The position numbers and the translations under genes are program-made. Of a DNA stretch of 64,000 nucleotides, positions 19,860 through 30,213 are shown in pieces. A model generated the notes under the pieces. That model did not search any database, had not been told where the DNA came from, and worked only from the letters and a program-made list of their open reading frames with translations. Every line of letters starts with the position of its first letter. The first letter of the stretch is position 1. Source of the DNA: an uncultured Verrucomicrobiae bacterium (GTDB lineage: Bacteria; Chlamydiota; Chlamydiia; Chlamydiales; Rhabdochlamydiaceae); the NCBI GenBank assembly GCA_963718565.1, contig OY970364.1:1152001-1216000 (forward strand). Reading direction: 5' to 3'.

Positions 19860-20586
19860 CCCTCTTCGCGATCTTATCCGGGACACACTCTCTTATCTGA
19901 AGAACCCTTTATTGCCCAGGCGCTCTCATTTTGCTAGCCCAGAAAATTGCGCCTTTTTTCAAAAGAATAAAGAGCTAGTGACAACACAAAATATCCAAGC
20001 CGCCACGCAGCCGCAAAGTTTTAAAGAAAAGACCACATCTGCCCAACCCAAGACACCCCCCACTAGAGAGCCACTTGCAGACAAACTCTCTGATTCAGCG
20101 CCAGCAGCACACTCCCCCATCCAAAAAACGCTTCAGCGAATTGCTCCCTCGTTAAAACTTCTTGATCAAATTCCCGATGATAGAGGAGCGACAAGAATTT
20201 CCAACGCTTGGAAAGAAAAAATTATCGATGCTGATGTTATCTTGCTCGTTTGTGATTCTCGTTCAGAAACCTTGGATTTTTTAAAAACGCTTGCCAAAGC
20301 CATTGATCAACGTTTGACCAAAGTAAAAATCTTGATGGCCGAAAAGCTGGAACGAGAAAAACGCTGGGACCTATTTTTTGAAAAAAATTCATTGCGTCTC
20401 ATCATTTCTTCGGATACTATCCAGAGACTGCCCGAGCTGATGCGTTTTTATAAAGCACTCCCCGCACAAGCTCAAATTTTTTTAGATCAAACGCCCCTTC
20501 TTGTTCTTTCCCCTGTCTCCACGTATCGATCTCTTGAGCATAAGGCGCTTCTTTGGAAAACGCTATGTCACATGCTCAAGAAGTAA
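19852..20586 (+). CDS. Hypothetical protein upstream of priA
   Basis: 244-aa ORF overlapping both neighbours. Confidence 0.75.
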   Translation: MPDPLRDLIRDTLSYLKNPLLPRRSHFASPENCAFFQKNKELVTTQNIQAATQPQSFKEKTTSAQPKTPPTREPLADKLSDSAPAAHSPIQKTLQRIAPSLKLLDQIPDDRGATRISNAWKEKIIDADVILLVCDSRSETLDFLKTLAKAIDQRLTKVKILMAEKLEREKRWDLFFEKNSLRLIISSDTIQRLPELMRFYKALPAQAQIFLDQTPLLVLSPVSTYRSLEHKALLWKTLCHMLKK

Positions 20587-22808
20587 CCCTTTTAGCAATT
20601 GCTGAAGTGATCCTCGACGATGCTTTAGACCGCCCGCTCGACTATCGTATCCCCATGGAACTGATGGAAAAAGTCCATGTCGGTTCACGGGTAAAAATTC
20701 CCGTGCGCACATCGCATCGACAAGGAACTGTTGTCGGAATTAAGGAACACAGTCTGTTAGCTAAGCTACAAGAAATTGCTGAGGTTTTTTCCGATAAAGC
20801 CTATATCACAGAAGAATTATTTCGTCTTGCGCAGTGGATTTCGGAATACTATTGCACTCCCTTACGCAAAGTTTTAAAAACCATCCTTCCCTCAAGTGTC
20901 AGGGGAAAGGCTAAAGCCAAAGAACAATTGCTGATCACGCCCGCGATATCGATCCCCCAACTCGCATCTGTGTGCGAGGAGTTGAGGAGAACCCATCCTA
21001 CACAAGCATTAGCCCTCGACACTGTTTTAAAATCTCCTAAAGGAATTTTACTGACAAGACTCTTAGAAACCGCGAAGATCTCACGCGGTCCTATTGAAAA
21101 CCTCATCAAAAAAAAAATCTTGTACTGTCAAAAAGTCCAGGTTGACCGCTCTCCTCTGAATGATGAAGAATATTTTCCAACAAAGCCCAAAAGATTAAAT
21201 GACGAACAGCAAGAGGCTTTAGAAAAGATTAAAATGAGTTTAGAGGGACAGCATTTTGAAGTGCGCCTCATCCATGGGGTGACAGGAAGTGGAAAAACGG
21301 AAATTTACTTGCAAGCGATAGAGTATGCTCTTCGCTTAAATAAAGGAGCATTATTTCTAGTTCCAGAAATTGCTCTTACCTCGCAAATGATTGAACGTTT
21401 GAAAAGTCGTTTTCAAGAAAAAATTGCTATCTTCCATTACCGGCTTTCCCAAGGAGAGCGCCACGATACCTGGCATCAAATCCGCAATGGCAAAGCGCCT
21501 ATCATCATTGGTGCTCGGTCTGCTATCTTTAGCCCATTGCAAAACCTGGGACTGATCATCGTCGATGAAGAACACGAAGCCTCCTATAAACAGTCGGATG
21601 AAGCTCCAGCTTATCATGCACGCGATGTGGCGGTCATGCGCGGCAAATTCGCTAACGCAACGGTCATTCTTGGAAGTGCAACGCCAAGCATGGAAAGTTA
21701 CTCCAATGCGAAAAAAGGCAAATACCAACTTAGCGTTTTAAAACATCGTGCGGATAGTGCAACAATGCCCAACGTCACCGTTGTGGACATGAGGGCTGAG
21801 TTTGCAAAAGTAAAGGGATTTACGCTCTTTTCCGACCAGCTGCTCGCAGCGATCAAACAGCGCATCGAGATGGGCGAACAGGCCATCCTTTTCTTAAACC
21901 GTCGCGGCTATCATACTGCACAAACATGTCGCAACTGCTTGCATACTTTACAATGTCCCAGCTGCGATGTGAATCTCACTTTCCACCTCGGCGACAATCT
22001 ACTGGCCTGCCACCTATGCGATCAGCGCCTCTCCCCACCTCCGCGCGAATGTCCTAAATGTAAAGCAGAGGGCAGCCTGAAATTCAAAGGAGCTGGGACA
22101 GAAATGGTGGAACGCGCTCTGCACGCTGTCCTACCTGAAGTCAGAACATTGAGGGTGGATGCGGATACGACACGCCATAAAGGGACTCATGAGCTTTTGT
22201 TCAAACGGTTCCGTGCAGGAAAAGCCGATGTCCTGATCGGCACGCAAATGATCGCCAAAGGACTGCATTTCCCTCAAGTCACACTCGCGGGAGTTCTTTA
22301 TGCCGACGGAAATCTGCAAATCCCCGATTTTCGCGCTTCTGAGACCGTCTTCCAATTGCTCACCCAAGTCGCTGGTAGATCGGGACGAGGCAATTTGACT
22401 GGAGAAGTCATCATCCAAACACAGATGCCCGATCACAGCATCATCGAACTTGCCAGAGAACAAGATTATGCCAGATTCTTTGAACAAGAAATTGCTGTAC
22501 GGGAACTTTTTCACTACCCTCCCTTTACTCATCTCATCAAATTCACTTTCAGCGGTAAAAGTGTAGAAACCGTTCGTCATGCTGCGGCATCTTTGCGCAA
22601 ACAATTGATCCGGCAACTGCCTCCCCACTTTACAATCCTGCCGATCGTCCCCTGCGGCTATGCGAGGGTCAAAGGAGACTTCCGCTTTCAATTTTTGATC
22701 AAAACAGAAAAATTAGGGCGCTTATCCCCTCTGATTCAGCCCCTGACCAAAAAAGAAAAGGATTACCGTCTTTTTATCGACATCGATCCTCTTTCGACCT
22801 TCTTTTAA
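20565..22808 (+). CDS. priA: Primosomal protein N'
   Basis: GVTGSGKT, DEEH, SATP, CxxC zinc motifs, QVAGRSGR. Confidence 0.97.
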   Translation: MSHAQEVTLLAIAEVILDDALDRPLDYRIPMELMEKVHVGSRVKIPVRTSHRQGTVVGIKEHSLLAKLQEIAEVFSDKAYITEELFRLAQWISEYYCTPLRKVLKTILPSSVRGKAKAKEQLLITPAISIPQLASVCEELRRTHPTQALALDTVLKSPKGILLTRLLETAKISRGPIENLIKKKILYCQKVQVDRSPLNDEEYFPTKPKRLNDEQQEALEKIKMSLEGQHFEVRLIHGVTGSGKTEIYLQAIEYALRLNKGALFLVPEIALTSQMIERLKSRFQEKIAIFHYRLSQGERHDTWHQIRNGKAPIIIGARSAIFSPLQNLGLIIVDEEHEASYKQSDEAPAYHARDVAVMRGKFANATVILGSATPSMESYSNAKKGKYQLSVLKHRADSATMPNVTVVDMRAEFAKVKGFTLFSDQLLAAIKQRIEMGEQAILFLNRRGYHTAQTCRNCLHTLQCPSCDVNLTFHLGDNLLACHLCDQRLSPPPRECPKCKAEGSLKFKGAGTEMVERALHAVLPEVRTLRVDADTTRHKGTHELLFKRFRAGKADVLIGTQMIAKGLHFPQVTLAGVLYADGNLQIPDFRASETVFQLLTQVAGRSGRGNLTGEVIIQTQMPDHSIIELAREQDYARFFEQEIAVRELFHYPPFTHLIKFTFSGKSVETVRHAAASLRKQLIRQLPPHFTILPIVPCGYARVKGDFRFQFLIKTEKLGRLSPLIQPLTKKEKDYRLFIDIDPLSTFF

Positions 22809-22894
22809 TTGCTTGTGCCCTGCACGGCTTGTGACGGTGTTTGACAAGATTTTTTTCATTCGATATAGAGTGCCATCAGTGATGGAGGGATGCA

Positions 22895-22981
22895 TTGTCG
22901 TTTGCTATTTTTGCAGGGATTCTTTCCATTTTCCTTCTGTTGTATTTATTTGTGACAATCGTTTGGCCGGAAAAGTTTTAA
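22895..22981 (+). CDS. kdpF: KdpF small subunit (absent from ORF track)
   Basis: GGAGG RBS, TTG start, MSFAIFAGILSIFLLLYLFVTIVWPEKF* with the KdpF-type YL...PEKF ending; just before kdpA. Confidence 0.8.
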   Translation: MSFAIFAGILSIFLLLYLFVTIVWPEKF

Positions 22982-22997
22982 AGGATCTGTCAATCTC

Positions 22998-24713
22998 ATG
23001 GAATATACTGACTGGCTGCAACTCACCTTCTTCCTGATCATCCTCACAGCTTTAGCAAAGCCGATGGGCCTTTATCTTTTTAAAGTGCTCGACCCTGAAG
23101 GAAAGACAGGACTTGAAATCGTTTTAAAACCTTTAGAAAAGTTCACTTATCGATGTTGTGGAATTGACTCCACCGCGGAACAGAACTGGAAGAAATATAG
23201 CGCCTCCCTCTTCATTTTTACTTTGTTCTGTTTCCTATTTACTTTTTTGATCTTATTCTTTCAAAGTCGCTTGCCCTTAAATCCGCAAAAAATGCCCTCA
23301 CTTGAACTCAGTGAAATTCTGAATGTCACGATCAGCTATATCACGAATACGAACTGGGAAAGCTATACTCCTGAACAGGACATGTCGTATTTTTCTACCT
23401 TATTCGCCCTCGTTGTACAAAATTTTTGTTCCGCCGGAGTTGGGATTTGCGTTGCTGCTGCTTTCGTGCGAGGTATTGCTAGCAACTCTTCAAAAAGCTT
23501 GGGCAATTTTTGGGTCGACATTGTCCGCATTTGTTATTACTTATTTCTTCCTTTGGGTTTGCTCTTTGCGGTGATCTTGATGTCAGAAGGAGTTCCGCAA
23601 AATTTCAAACCCTACACAAAAGCGCACACTGTCGACGGAGGAGAAGAACAACTGATCGTACAAGGTCCCATGGCCTCTTTTATGTCGGTCAAACTCTTGG
23701 GATCGAATGGGGGAAGTCCTACCTCGGCCGATTGCGCACATCCCTATGAAAATCCAACACCGCTGAGCAACTGGCTGCAAATCTTAAGCATTATGTTAAT
23801 TCCTGCGGGCCAAATCTATTATTTTGGAAAAAAAGTGTGCAATCAAAAACATGCTTGGTCCATTTACATTTTTATGGTTTTTCTGTTTCTCCTTGGGGTC
23901 TATTGTACAACTTACTTAGAATCCAGAGGAAATTTGCTTTTATCTCCGATGACCTTTGACTTAAGCCAAGGAAATATGGAAGGCAAAGAGCAGCGGTTTG
24001 GCATTTTGGGTTCCACATGCTTTTCCACAGCAACCACCGCGGTTTCCAACGGTTCCATGAATTCAGATCAGTGTTGTTTTTATCCATGGGCCCAAGGGAT
24101 TTTCCTGCAAAATATGCAGGTCGGAAATATTATTTTTGGGGGAGTAGGGTCAGGTCTATATAGCGTTATCCATTTAGTTTTGATCAGCACATTTATTGCA
24201 GCGCTCATTATTGGAAGATCACCCCAATATTTAGGAAAAAAAATTGAAGCTTTTGAAATGAAAATGACTATGCTGCCGGTCATGATTTACATTATTGGGA
24301 TTTTAGGATTCACTTCGCTCAGTTTTCTAACAGGCTGGGGAAACGCCCTCCCTTCAACAACAAAACCCCAGGGCTTTACAGCCATGTTATACGCAATGAC
24401 CTCGACAATGTCGAATACTGGAAGTGATTTTGACAATATTAACAAGGCCTCCCTCTATTACAACATGACAACATCGATGACCATGCTCGCTGGCAGGTAT
24501 CTCATTATCCTTCCCACTTTGGCCCTTGCTGGCGCTTTGGCGATGAAGAAGAAGAATCTGGAAGAAACCGCCTCGTTCTCTCTTTCAGGATTGACGTTCA
24601 TTCTCCTGATCATTGCCGTCTATTTGATCATCAATGCCCTTGGCTATCTTCCCGCGATTCTACTGGGACCTGTGTACGAACACCTTCTTTTCATGAACCG
24701 AATTGGGACTTAG
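22998..24713 (+). CDS. kdpA: K+-transporting ATPase subunit A
   Basis: TNTNW, GNFWVD, HPYENPT, GNMEGKE.RFG, GGVGSG. Confidence 0.95.
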   Translation: MEYTDWLQLTFFLIILTALAKPMGLYLFKVLDPEGKTGLEIVLKPLEKFTYRCCGIDSTAEQNWKKYSASLFIFTLFCFLFTFLILFFQSRLPLNPQKMPSLELSEILNVTISYITNTNWESYTPEQDMSYFSTLFALVVQNFCSAGVGICVAAAFVRGIASNSSKSLGNFWVDIVRICYYLFLPLGLLFAVILMSEGVPQNFKPYTKAHTVDGGEEQLIVQGPMASFMSVKLLGSNGGSPTSADCAHPYENPTPLSNWLQILSIMLIPAGQIYYFGKKVCNQKHAWSIYIFMVFLFLLGVYCTTYLESRGNLLLSPMTFDLSQGNMEGKEQRFGILGSTCFSTATTAVSNGSMNSDQCCFYPWAQGIFLQNMQVGNIIFGGVGSGLYSVIHLVLISTFIAALIIGRSPQYLGKKIEAFEMKMTMLPVMIYIIGILGFTSLSFLTGWGNALPSTTKPQGFTAMLYAMTSTMSNTGSDFDNINKASLYYNMTTSMTMLAGRYLIILPTLALAGALAMKKKNLEETASFSLSGLTFILLIIAVYLIINALGYLPAILLGPVYEHLLFMNRIGT

Positions 24714-24723
24714 AGTGTGTTAC

Positions 24724-26736
24724 ATGCAAAAAGCAAGCTCCCTTTTTTATCCCAGCGGAATTCTTTTAGGCATTTACCGAGGCTTTGCAAAACTCAACCC
24801 GTTTAAGTTGTATCGCAACCCCATTATCTTTATTACCGAAATAGGAGCAGTCCTCACTGGAGTTCAATTCTTTTTTGCCGAATCGGAAACAGGTAATTTT
24901 TCGATGCATGTTTCGATTTGGCTCTGGGCAACAGTACTCTTTGCTAATATCGCCGAAGCTCTTGCTGAGGTCCGAAGTCAGGCCAAAACAAGTCTTTTGC
25001 GCAAGTCTCGTTCGACAACTTTGGCCAATCTTTATGATCAAGAGGGAAATCTTAATGTTGTCAGCTACAAAGATTTAAAAAAAGGCGATCGGATTCTCGT
25101 GCGCAAAGACGAAACCATTCCCGCCGACGGAGAGATCATCTCGGGTTGTGCAACCATCGACGAGTCTGCCGTCACTGGGGAATCACAACCCATGATTCGG
25201 CGTGCGTTAACCCAGACTCGATATGTCAATGCGGGGACCAAAGTCATCTCTGATGAGATCGTCATCAAGGTTATGGCCAACCCAGGAGAGGGATTTATTG
25301 ACAAGATGATTGAATTTGTCGAGAGCTCCGAACGCAAAAAAACTCACAATGAGCTTGCTCTCACCATTCTCCTTTCAAGTGCGTGTGTGATTTTTTTGGT
25401 CATGGTCGTCACTTTTCAAATTTTCGGCATCTATTATAAGGCTCATCTCAGTATTACAATGCAGATCGCTCTACTCACATGTTTGATTCCAACGACAATT
25501 GGCGGGCTCTTGAACGCCATTACTATTGCCGGAATTAATCGGTTGATGAAAAAGAATGTGATTGCAAAAAGCGGACAGGCGATTGAAGCCGCTGGGGATA
25601 TTAACTTAATTCTTTTGGATAAGACAGGAACAATCACATATGGCAAACGTCTTGCGGTAGAAATGACAGCTGCCTTCTCTATCCCTGAGGAGGAATTTGC
25701 AAGGGGCTGTTATCTTTGCTCTTTTGGTGACGAGACTAAGGAAGGTCGGAGCATTCTTGAACTCGTAAAAAGTCGTTTTCCTTTTGCCTGCGTTCGCCCC
25801 AAGATAACCTATGATTTTTTTCCTTTTTCTGCGCAAACGCGCCTCAGTGGGATCGATATGGGAGAGGAAAAATTTCGCAAAGGGGCCCTCGATGCCATTG
25901 AACAATTTATCGAGAAAACAGCTCCATCTGAAATTCAAAGGCTCGTTCAAATGATTGCTGAAAAAGGGGATACACCTCTTATCGTCGCTGATGGGCAACG
26001 CATTCTTGGGGTCATCACTCTCAAAGACAAAATTAAACCTGGCTTGTCGACCCAATTTCAAGAGTTTAAATTACTGGGCGTAAAAACTGTGATGATCACT
26101 GGAGATAATCCCTTGACAGCTTCCGTCATTGCCAAAGAAATTCACGCTGATCATTTTTTAGCTTCTGCAAGCCCTGAACAAAAATTGCACTACTTAAGGC
26201 AAGAGCAGCTCGAAGGCCACATTGTCGCCATGACCGGCGATGGAATCAATGATGTCCCAGCTCTGGCACAAGCTAACCTTGGCATAGCAATGAATGAAGG
26301 AGCGCAAGCTGCAAAAGAGGCAGCCAACATGATCGATCTCGACTCGCATCCGAATAAAATCTTCGAAATTATTGAAATTGGCAAACAACTTTTAATGACA
26401 CGAGGCGCTTTGACTGCATTAAGCATCGGTAACGACCTTTCCAAATATTTCGTGCTTCTTCCCGCTCTGCTTATCCCTGTCTTCCCGGAATTTGAAAAAC
26501 TCAACTTTCTACACCTTAACTCTCCTCAGAGTACGATTCTTAGTGCTGTGATTTTCAATGCCCTTGCTCTGATCGTGTTAATGCCTTTGGCATTCAAAGG
26601 TGTGACATTAATTCCCGACAAGATAAATTCATTATTGAAGAAGCGGTTACTTGTGTATGGAGTTGGAGGAATCATTTTCCCATTGATAGGAATTAAAATG
26701 ATCGATCTGTTAATCAGTCAATGGATTGTTTTATGA
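24724..26736 (+). CDS. kdpB: K+-transporting ATPase subunit B
   Basis: TGES, CLIPTTIGGLL, DKTGT, TGDGIND, ND..KYF. Confidence 0.95.
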   Translation: MQKASSLFYPSGILLGIYRGFAKLNPFKLYRNPIIFITEIGAVLTGVQFFFAESETGNFSMHVSIWLWATVLFANIAEALAEVRSQAKTSLLRKSRSTTLANLYDQEGNLNVVSYKDLKKGDRILVRKDETIPADGEIISGCATIDESAVTGESQPMIRRALTQTRYVNAGTKVISDEIVIKVMANPGEGFIDKMIEFVESSERKKTHNELALTILLSSACVIFLVMVVTFQIFGIYYKAHLSITMQIALLTCLIPTTIGGLLNAITIAGINRLMKKNVIAKSGQAIEAAGDINLILLDKTGTITYGKRLAVEMTAAFSIPEEEFARGCYLCSFGDETKEGRSILELVKSRFPFACVRPKITYDFFPFSAQTRLSGIDMGEEKFRKGALDAIEQFIEKTAPSEIQRLVQMIAEKGDTPLIVADGQRILGVITLKDKIKPGLSTQFQEFKLLGVKTVMITGDNPLTASVIAKEIHADHFLASASPEQKLHYLRQEQLEGHIVAMTGDGINDVPALAQANLGIAMNEGAQAAKEAANMIDLDSHPNKIFEIIEIGKQLLMTRGALTALSIGNDLSKYFVLLPALLIPVFPEFEKLNFLHLNSPQSTILSAVIFNALALIVLMPLAFKGVTLIPDKINSLLKKRLLVYGVGGIIFPLIGIKMIDLLISQWIVL

Positions 26737-26740
26737 TATT

Positions 26741-26787
26741 GGGATGTCCAGCGCAGCCAAAAACCGATTCTTCATGTTGTTTCGGTA
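26741..26787. mobile_element. Single end of a TACCGAAACAAC MITE between kdpB and kdpC
   Basis: Reverse complement of the left end of 17140-17349. Confidence 0.8.
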
Positions 26788-26795
26788 TACTTAAA

Positions 26796-27386
26796 ATGTT
26801 TAAAAATGGACTTCTTCTCCTTGTGATCTTTACTCTTTTCTTTGGAGGGGTTTATCCTTTTGTCACTTTTCTCATTGGACGTATGCTATTTCCCTTTCAA
26901 ACAGGAGGAAGCCTTTTATTCCATCCCCAAAGCCAAACAATTATTGGCTCCAAGCTGATTGGTCAAAACTTTACCTCGCCGGTCTATTTTCATCCCCGTC
27001 CTTCATTGACCGATGGAGGACAATATAATGCCGCGAACTCCAAAGGGAGTAAATATGGAATCTTGTCAGAAACTCTCCTCCACGATGTTTTGTCACGAGC
27101 AGAAAAGTACAAAGAGCTCAATTCTTTAGCAGAAGGAATATGCATTCCTATCGATGCCGTTACAGCCTCGGCAAGTGGATTAGATCCGCACATCAGCATT
27201 TCCAATGCGCTTCTGCAAGCTCCCCGGGTAGCTAAAACTCGAGGCATTTCTGAGGACGAAGTCAATGGCTTGATCGAAAAATTTACAGAGCGTCCTTTTT
27301 TCGACCTCTTAGGAGAAACGCGAATTAACGTGCTCTTGCTCAATTTAGCTTTAGATCATGCTTTGATCGAAAAAGAAGAGGAATAA
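26796..27386 (+). CDS. kdpC: K+-transporting ATPase subunit C
   Basis: GSKLIGQ.F, YFHPRPS, DAVTASASGLDPHIS, INVLLLNLALD. Confidence 0.95.
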   Translation: MFKNGLLLLVIFTLFFGGVYPFVTFLIGRMLFPFQTGGSLLFHPQSQTIIGSKLIGQNFTSPVYFHPRPSLTDGGQYNAANSKGSKYGILSETLLHDVLSRAEKYKELNSLAEGICIPIDAVTASASGLDPHISISNALLQAPRVAKTRGISEDEVNGLIEKFTERPFFDLLGETRINVLLLNLALDHALIEKEEE

Positions 27387-27390
27387 AACA

Positions 27391-27468
27391 GAGGGAATTG
27401 CAAAACTCCTCGCCAGCAGAAAATCGATGATTTTGGCACCTGTTGCCAGAACCCGCACAGCGGGTTCG
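27391..27468. mobile_element. Half copy of GAGGG MITE
   Basis: GAGGGAATTGCAAAACTCCTCGCCAGC... is the reverse complement of the right half of 45181-45362. Confidence 0.85.
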
Positions 27469-27661
27469 AGGCAAGCGCAGTATTGCTGGTTGGGCCTCAG
27501 GATCTTCTATTGACTCCGAAGAGACAATGTCATTTTGCGCTCTTACAGGAGTGCGATCGATGAATCAGACCTTTCCACTGGAGCGCGCAGCAGAAGCCTA
27601 TGATCTGATGATGAAGGGAAAAGTCCGTTTTCGCGCCGTTCTCACAATGGAGAAGGGATAA
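27469..27661 (+). pseudogene. C-terminal remnant of a Zn-dependent alcohol dehydrogenase
   Basis: GKRSIAGWASG...FPLERAAEAYDLMMKGKVRFRAVL; the 5' part is replaced by the MITE half. Confidence 0.8.
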
Positions 27662-27765
27662 ATGTCCCTTTACTTATCTCTGTTTTTATTTTAAAATGAT
27701 GTCCCAATTTTCAGTATGAGATTTTTTTTCTGTTTAAAATTTTCAAACCTCCAAAAGGATTTGCC

Positions 27766-29076
27766 ATGTCTAAAGAGAGCGCTCAAAAAACGTTGGAAAG
27801 AAAAAAAGAGTTCGGTTCATTGCATGCGTGGGTAATCTGGCTTTTGAGCGCCTTATTTATGTTTTATAAATATGCCCTCGAAGTTTCTCCCAGCGTCATG
27901 ACCTCAACCCTAATGAGCACTTTCAAAATTTCCGGTGCATCCCTAGGAAACCTGGCAGCCTGTTATTTCTACGCTTATCTTTTGCTGCAAATTCCCGCAG
28001 GACTGCTCTTAGACAAAATTGGACCAAGAAAGGTGACAACACTTGCCATCGCCCTTTGCGCGGCAGGAAGTTTAATTTTTGCTAATGCGCATTCTTTATG
28101 GATTGCTGGAATTGGTCGTTTCATCACTGGAACTGGAGCCGCTTTTGCTGCTGTGAACTGTCTTAAGCTGATCGCTAACTGGTTTTCTATGAAACAATTC
28201 GCATTCATGACAGGTTTAATGATGACAGTAGCCATGCTCGGCGCTGTCGGTGGGCAAGCGCCTCTAGCTGCCTTCATCGATGCAATGGACTGGCGTTATG
28301 CAATGGAAATCATTGGGATCGCCGGCCTGGTTCTGGCTGGAATTTTTTGGATCGTTGTCCGCGATATTTCTCCTCATCATAAAAAAGAGCGCCATATCGT
28401 TTCTCAAAGCATTTCCTTTTTCGATAGCTTGAAAAGAGTTTTAAAAAACCCTCAAGCATGGTGGCTTTCAGCCTATAGCGGATTTGCCTTTGCCCCTGTA
28501 ATGATCTTCGGCGGACTGTGGGGGGTATCTTTCCTTTCTGAAGCTTTTGAAGTTTCACATAATATTTCCGCACAGGCCGTCTCATTGATTTTCATTGGAT
28601 TTGCCGTCGGCGCTCCTTTTTTTGGCTGGTTTTCAGATTGGTTAGGGAGACGCAAAGTCGTCATGTTCTGGGGGACGCTTCTGGCCCTGATCACAATCTC
28701 TGGGGTAATCTATACTCCTGGATTGACCCACACTTCGATCATCCTTCTCTTATTTCTTTTCGGCTTTGCCATTAGCAGCTTTCTGCTTTGTTTTACAATG
28801 ATCCGGGAAATCAGTTTGCCTATTTTGGCGGCAACAGCCATCGGTTTTATGAATGCCTTTGATGCTCTTTTCGGAGCGTTTTCGGATCCTCTGACAGGTA
28901 AATTCCTCGATTGGGGCTGGGATGGAAAACTTGTAGATGGAGCTAGAATTTTTTCAGTCCAAGCTTATAAGGCAGCCTTTTTGACTCTTCCAGCCTATTT
29001 GATGATTTCTCTGTTTACTTTACTGCGCATTAGGGAGACTTTTTGCAAACCCTCTTTTCCCACTCCACTGCCTTAG
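27766..29076 (+). CDS. MFS transporter
   Basis: GLLLDKIGPRK and GWFSDWLGRRK motif A; about 12 TM segments. Confidence 0.93.
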   Translation: MSKESAQKTLERKKEFGSLHAWVIWLLSALFMFYKYALEVSPSVMTSTLMSTFKISGASLGNLAACYFYAYLLLQIPAGLLLDKIGPRKVTTLAIALCAAGSLIFANAHSLWIAGIGRFITGTGAAFAAVNCLKLIANWFSMKQFAFMTGLMMTVAMLGAVGGQAPLAAFIDAMDWRYAMEIIGIAGLVLAGIFWIVVRDISPHHKKERHIVSQSISFFDSLKRVLKNPQAWWLSAYSGFAFAPVMIFGGLWGVSFLSEAFEVSHNISAQAVSLIFIGFAVGAPFFGWFSDWLGRRKVVMFWGTLLALITISGVIYTPGLTHTSIILLLFLFGFAISSFLLCFTMIREISLPILAATAIGFMNAFDALFGAFSDPLTGKFLDWGWDGKLVDGARIFSVQAYKAAFLTLPAYLMISLFTLLRIRETFCKPSFPTPLP

Positions 29077-29088
29077 AGGGCTCCATGA

Positions 29089-29219
29089 GTACGTCCTCAA
29101 AAACCTATGGCAAGCACTGAATGTCATTTGGATCCATGCCAGGCTTTGCATTTATCGATCTCAATCAGGCATGGATCCAAATGGTCTTCAACTTTTGCCA
29201 TGAGTTTTTAAGGACGTAC
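29089..29219. mobile_element. 131-bp GTACGTCC MITE, copy 3 (inverted)
   Basis: 8-bp TSD CTCCATGA; supplies the stop codon of 29208-30191. Confidence 0.92.
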
Positions 29220-30191
29220 CTCCATGACAGATTTCCATTTGTCCAAGTACTTAACCATGCCGGAAAAGCTTGAAGTATCGAGAATTTCCACAAGCGGGCC
29301 CCCAATGTGGGAAATTGCCGTCGTATTGATATGGAACTGTTGATAGCAATAAGTGTCCCAGTCGATGATTTGAGCACATGAGGAAAGGTACCCTCGATCG
29401 ATTAAGGCATTAAAAAACTTTTGCGGATCGTTCAATTCATTCTTCTCGTGGGTTTGAATCACAATCAATTGTAAATTGTCTCTAGGAAATTCAAGAAAAG
29501 GAGTGAGGTTCATCGCACGCGACATTCCTGAAATGATCCCATTTAAATAGGTAAAGCGAGAAGGCGTTTTGTCTTCAACAAGCAGATAGAGATGAGGATA
29601 GAGATGTCCCCGAGGCTCCTGATTGGTGAACAGGGGATTTTCAACTCGAAATCGACTAGAATGAGTCAAGACAAGTTTAGCTGTCGTTTTCCGTGAATCT
29701 CCAAGAGAGAGTTCAATCATTTTTCGGGAAGAATCAATGAAAACGCTTTCCAATTTTTGATGGAGAAGGACTGCATTGGAACGAGATTGAATCGCTGCTT
29801 GCAATCGCGATACAAGCTCATAACACCCATGGGAAAAATAATAGCCGTTTGCGCATTGAGAATGAGAATCCATTGCCTCTTGGTCAGGATGCAGCAAACA
29901 AAGAAATTTGCACCCAAAGTATTTTTGAAAAAACTCTTTTAGTCGAGGATCGGCACCGATCAAATGACAACCAAGATCGGCATTGGCAATTCCACAGATA
30001 TCAATACTCTTCCATGCGCCGCCGCATTTTTCATCAGCCTCTAAGATCAAGACACGCTCGTTCTTTGAGATGTGGTAGATCGCTTCCAACATTGAAATAG
30101 GGCTGGTGCCAACCACAGCAACATCATAGTCAGTGTGAACAGCAAACAGCAATCCCTTCAACAAAAGGAGAAGGACTAAAACAAAACGCAT
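29208..30191 (-). CDS. Exported protein with degenerate FAD/NAD-binding N-terminus
   Basis: YDVAVVGTSP...VLILEA...GGAW...DLGCH Rossmann-like pattern. Confidence 0.7.
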   Translation of the reverse strand: MRFVLVLLLLLKGLLFAVHTDYDVAVVGTSPISMLEAIYHISKNERVLILEADEKCGGAWKSIDICGIANADLGCHLIGADPRLKEFFQKYFGCKFLCLLHPDQEAMDSHSQCANGYYFSHGCYELVSRLQAAIQSRSNAVLLHQKLESVFIDSSRKMIELSLGDSRKTTAKLVLTHSSRFRVENPLFTNQEPRGHLYPHLYLLVEDKTPSRFTYLNGIISGMSRAMNLTPFLEFPRDNLQLIVIQTHEKNELNDPQKFFNALIDRGYLSSCAQIIDWDTYCYQQFHINTTAISHIGGPLVEILDTSSFSGMVKYLDKWKSVMEVRP

Positions 30192-30213
30192 TGTATGACT
30201 CCAGAGGGCGTTC

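Noticed and set aside
26721..26795. N-terminal extension of KdpC
   Set aside because: Derived from a MITE end and overlaps kdpB; the ATG at 26796 gives a normal KdpC
10785..29219. Dispersed palindromic repeats as a CRISPR or integron array
   Set aside because: Not regularly spaced, they carry TSDs, and no cas or integrase gene is present
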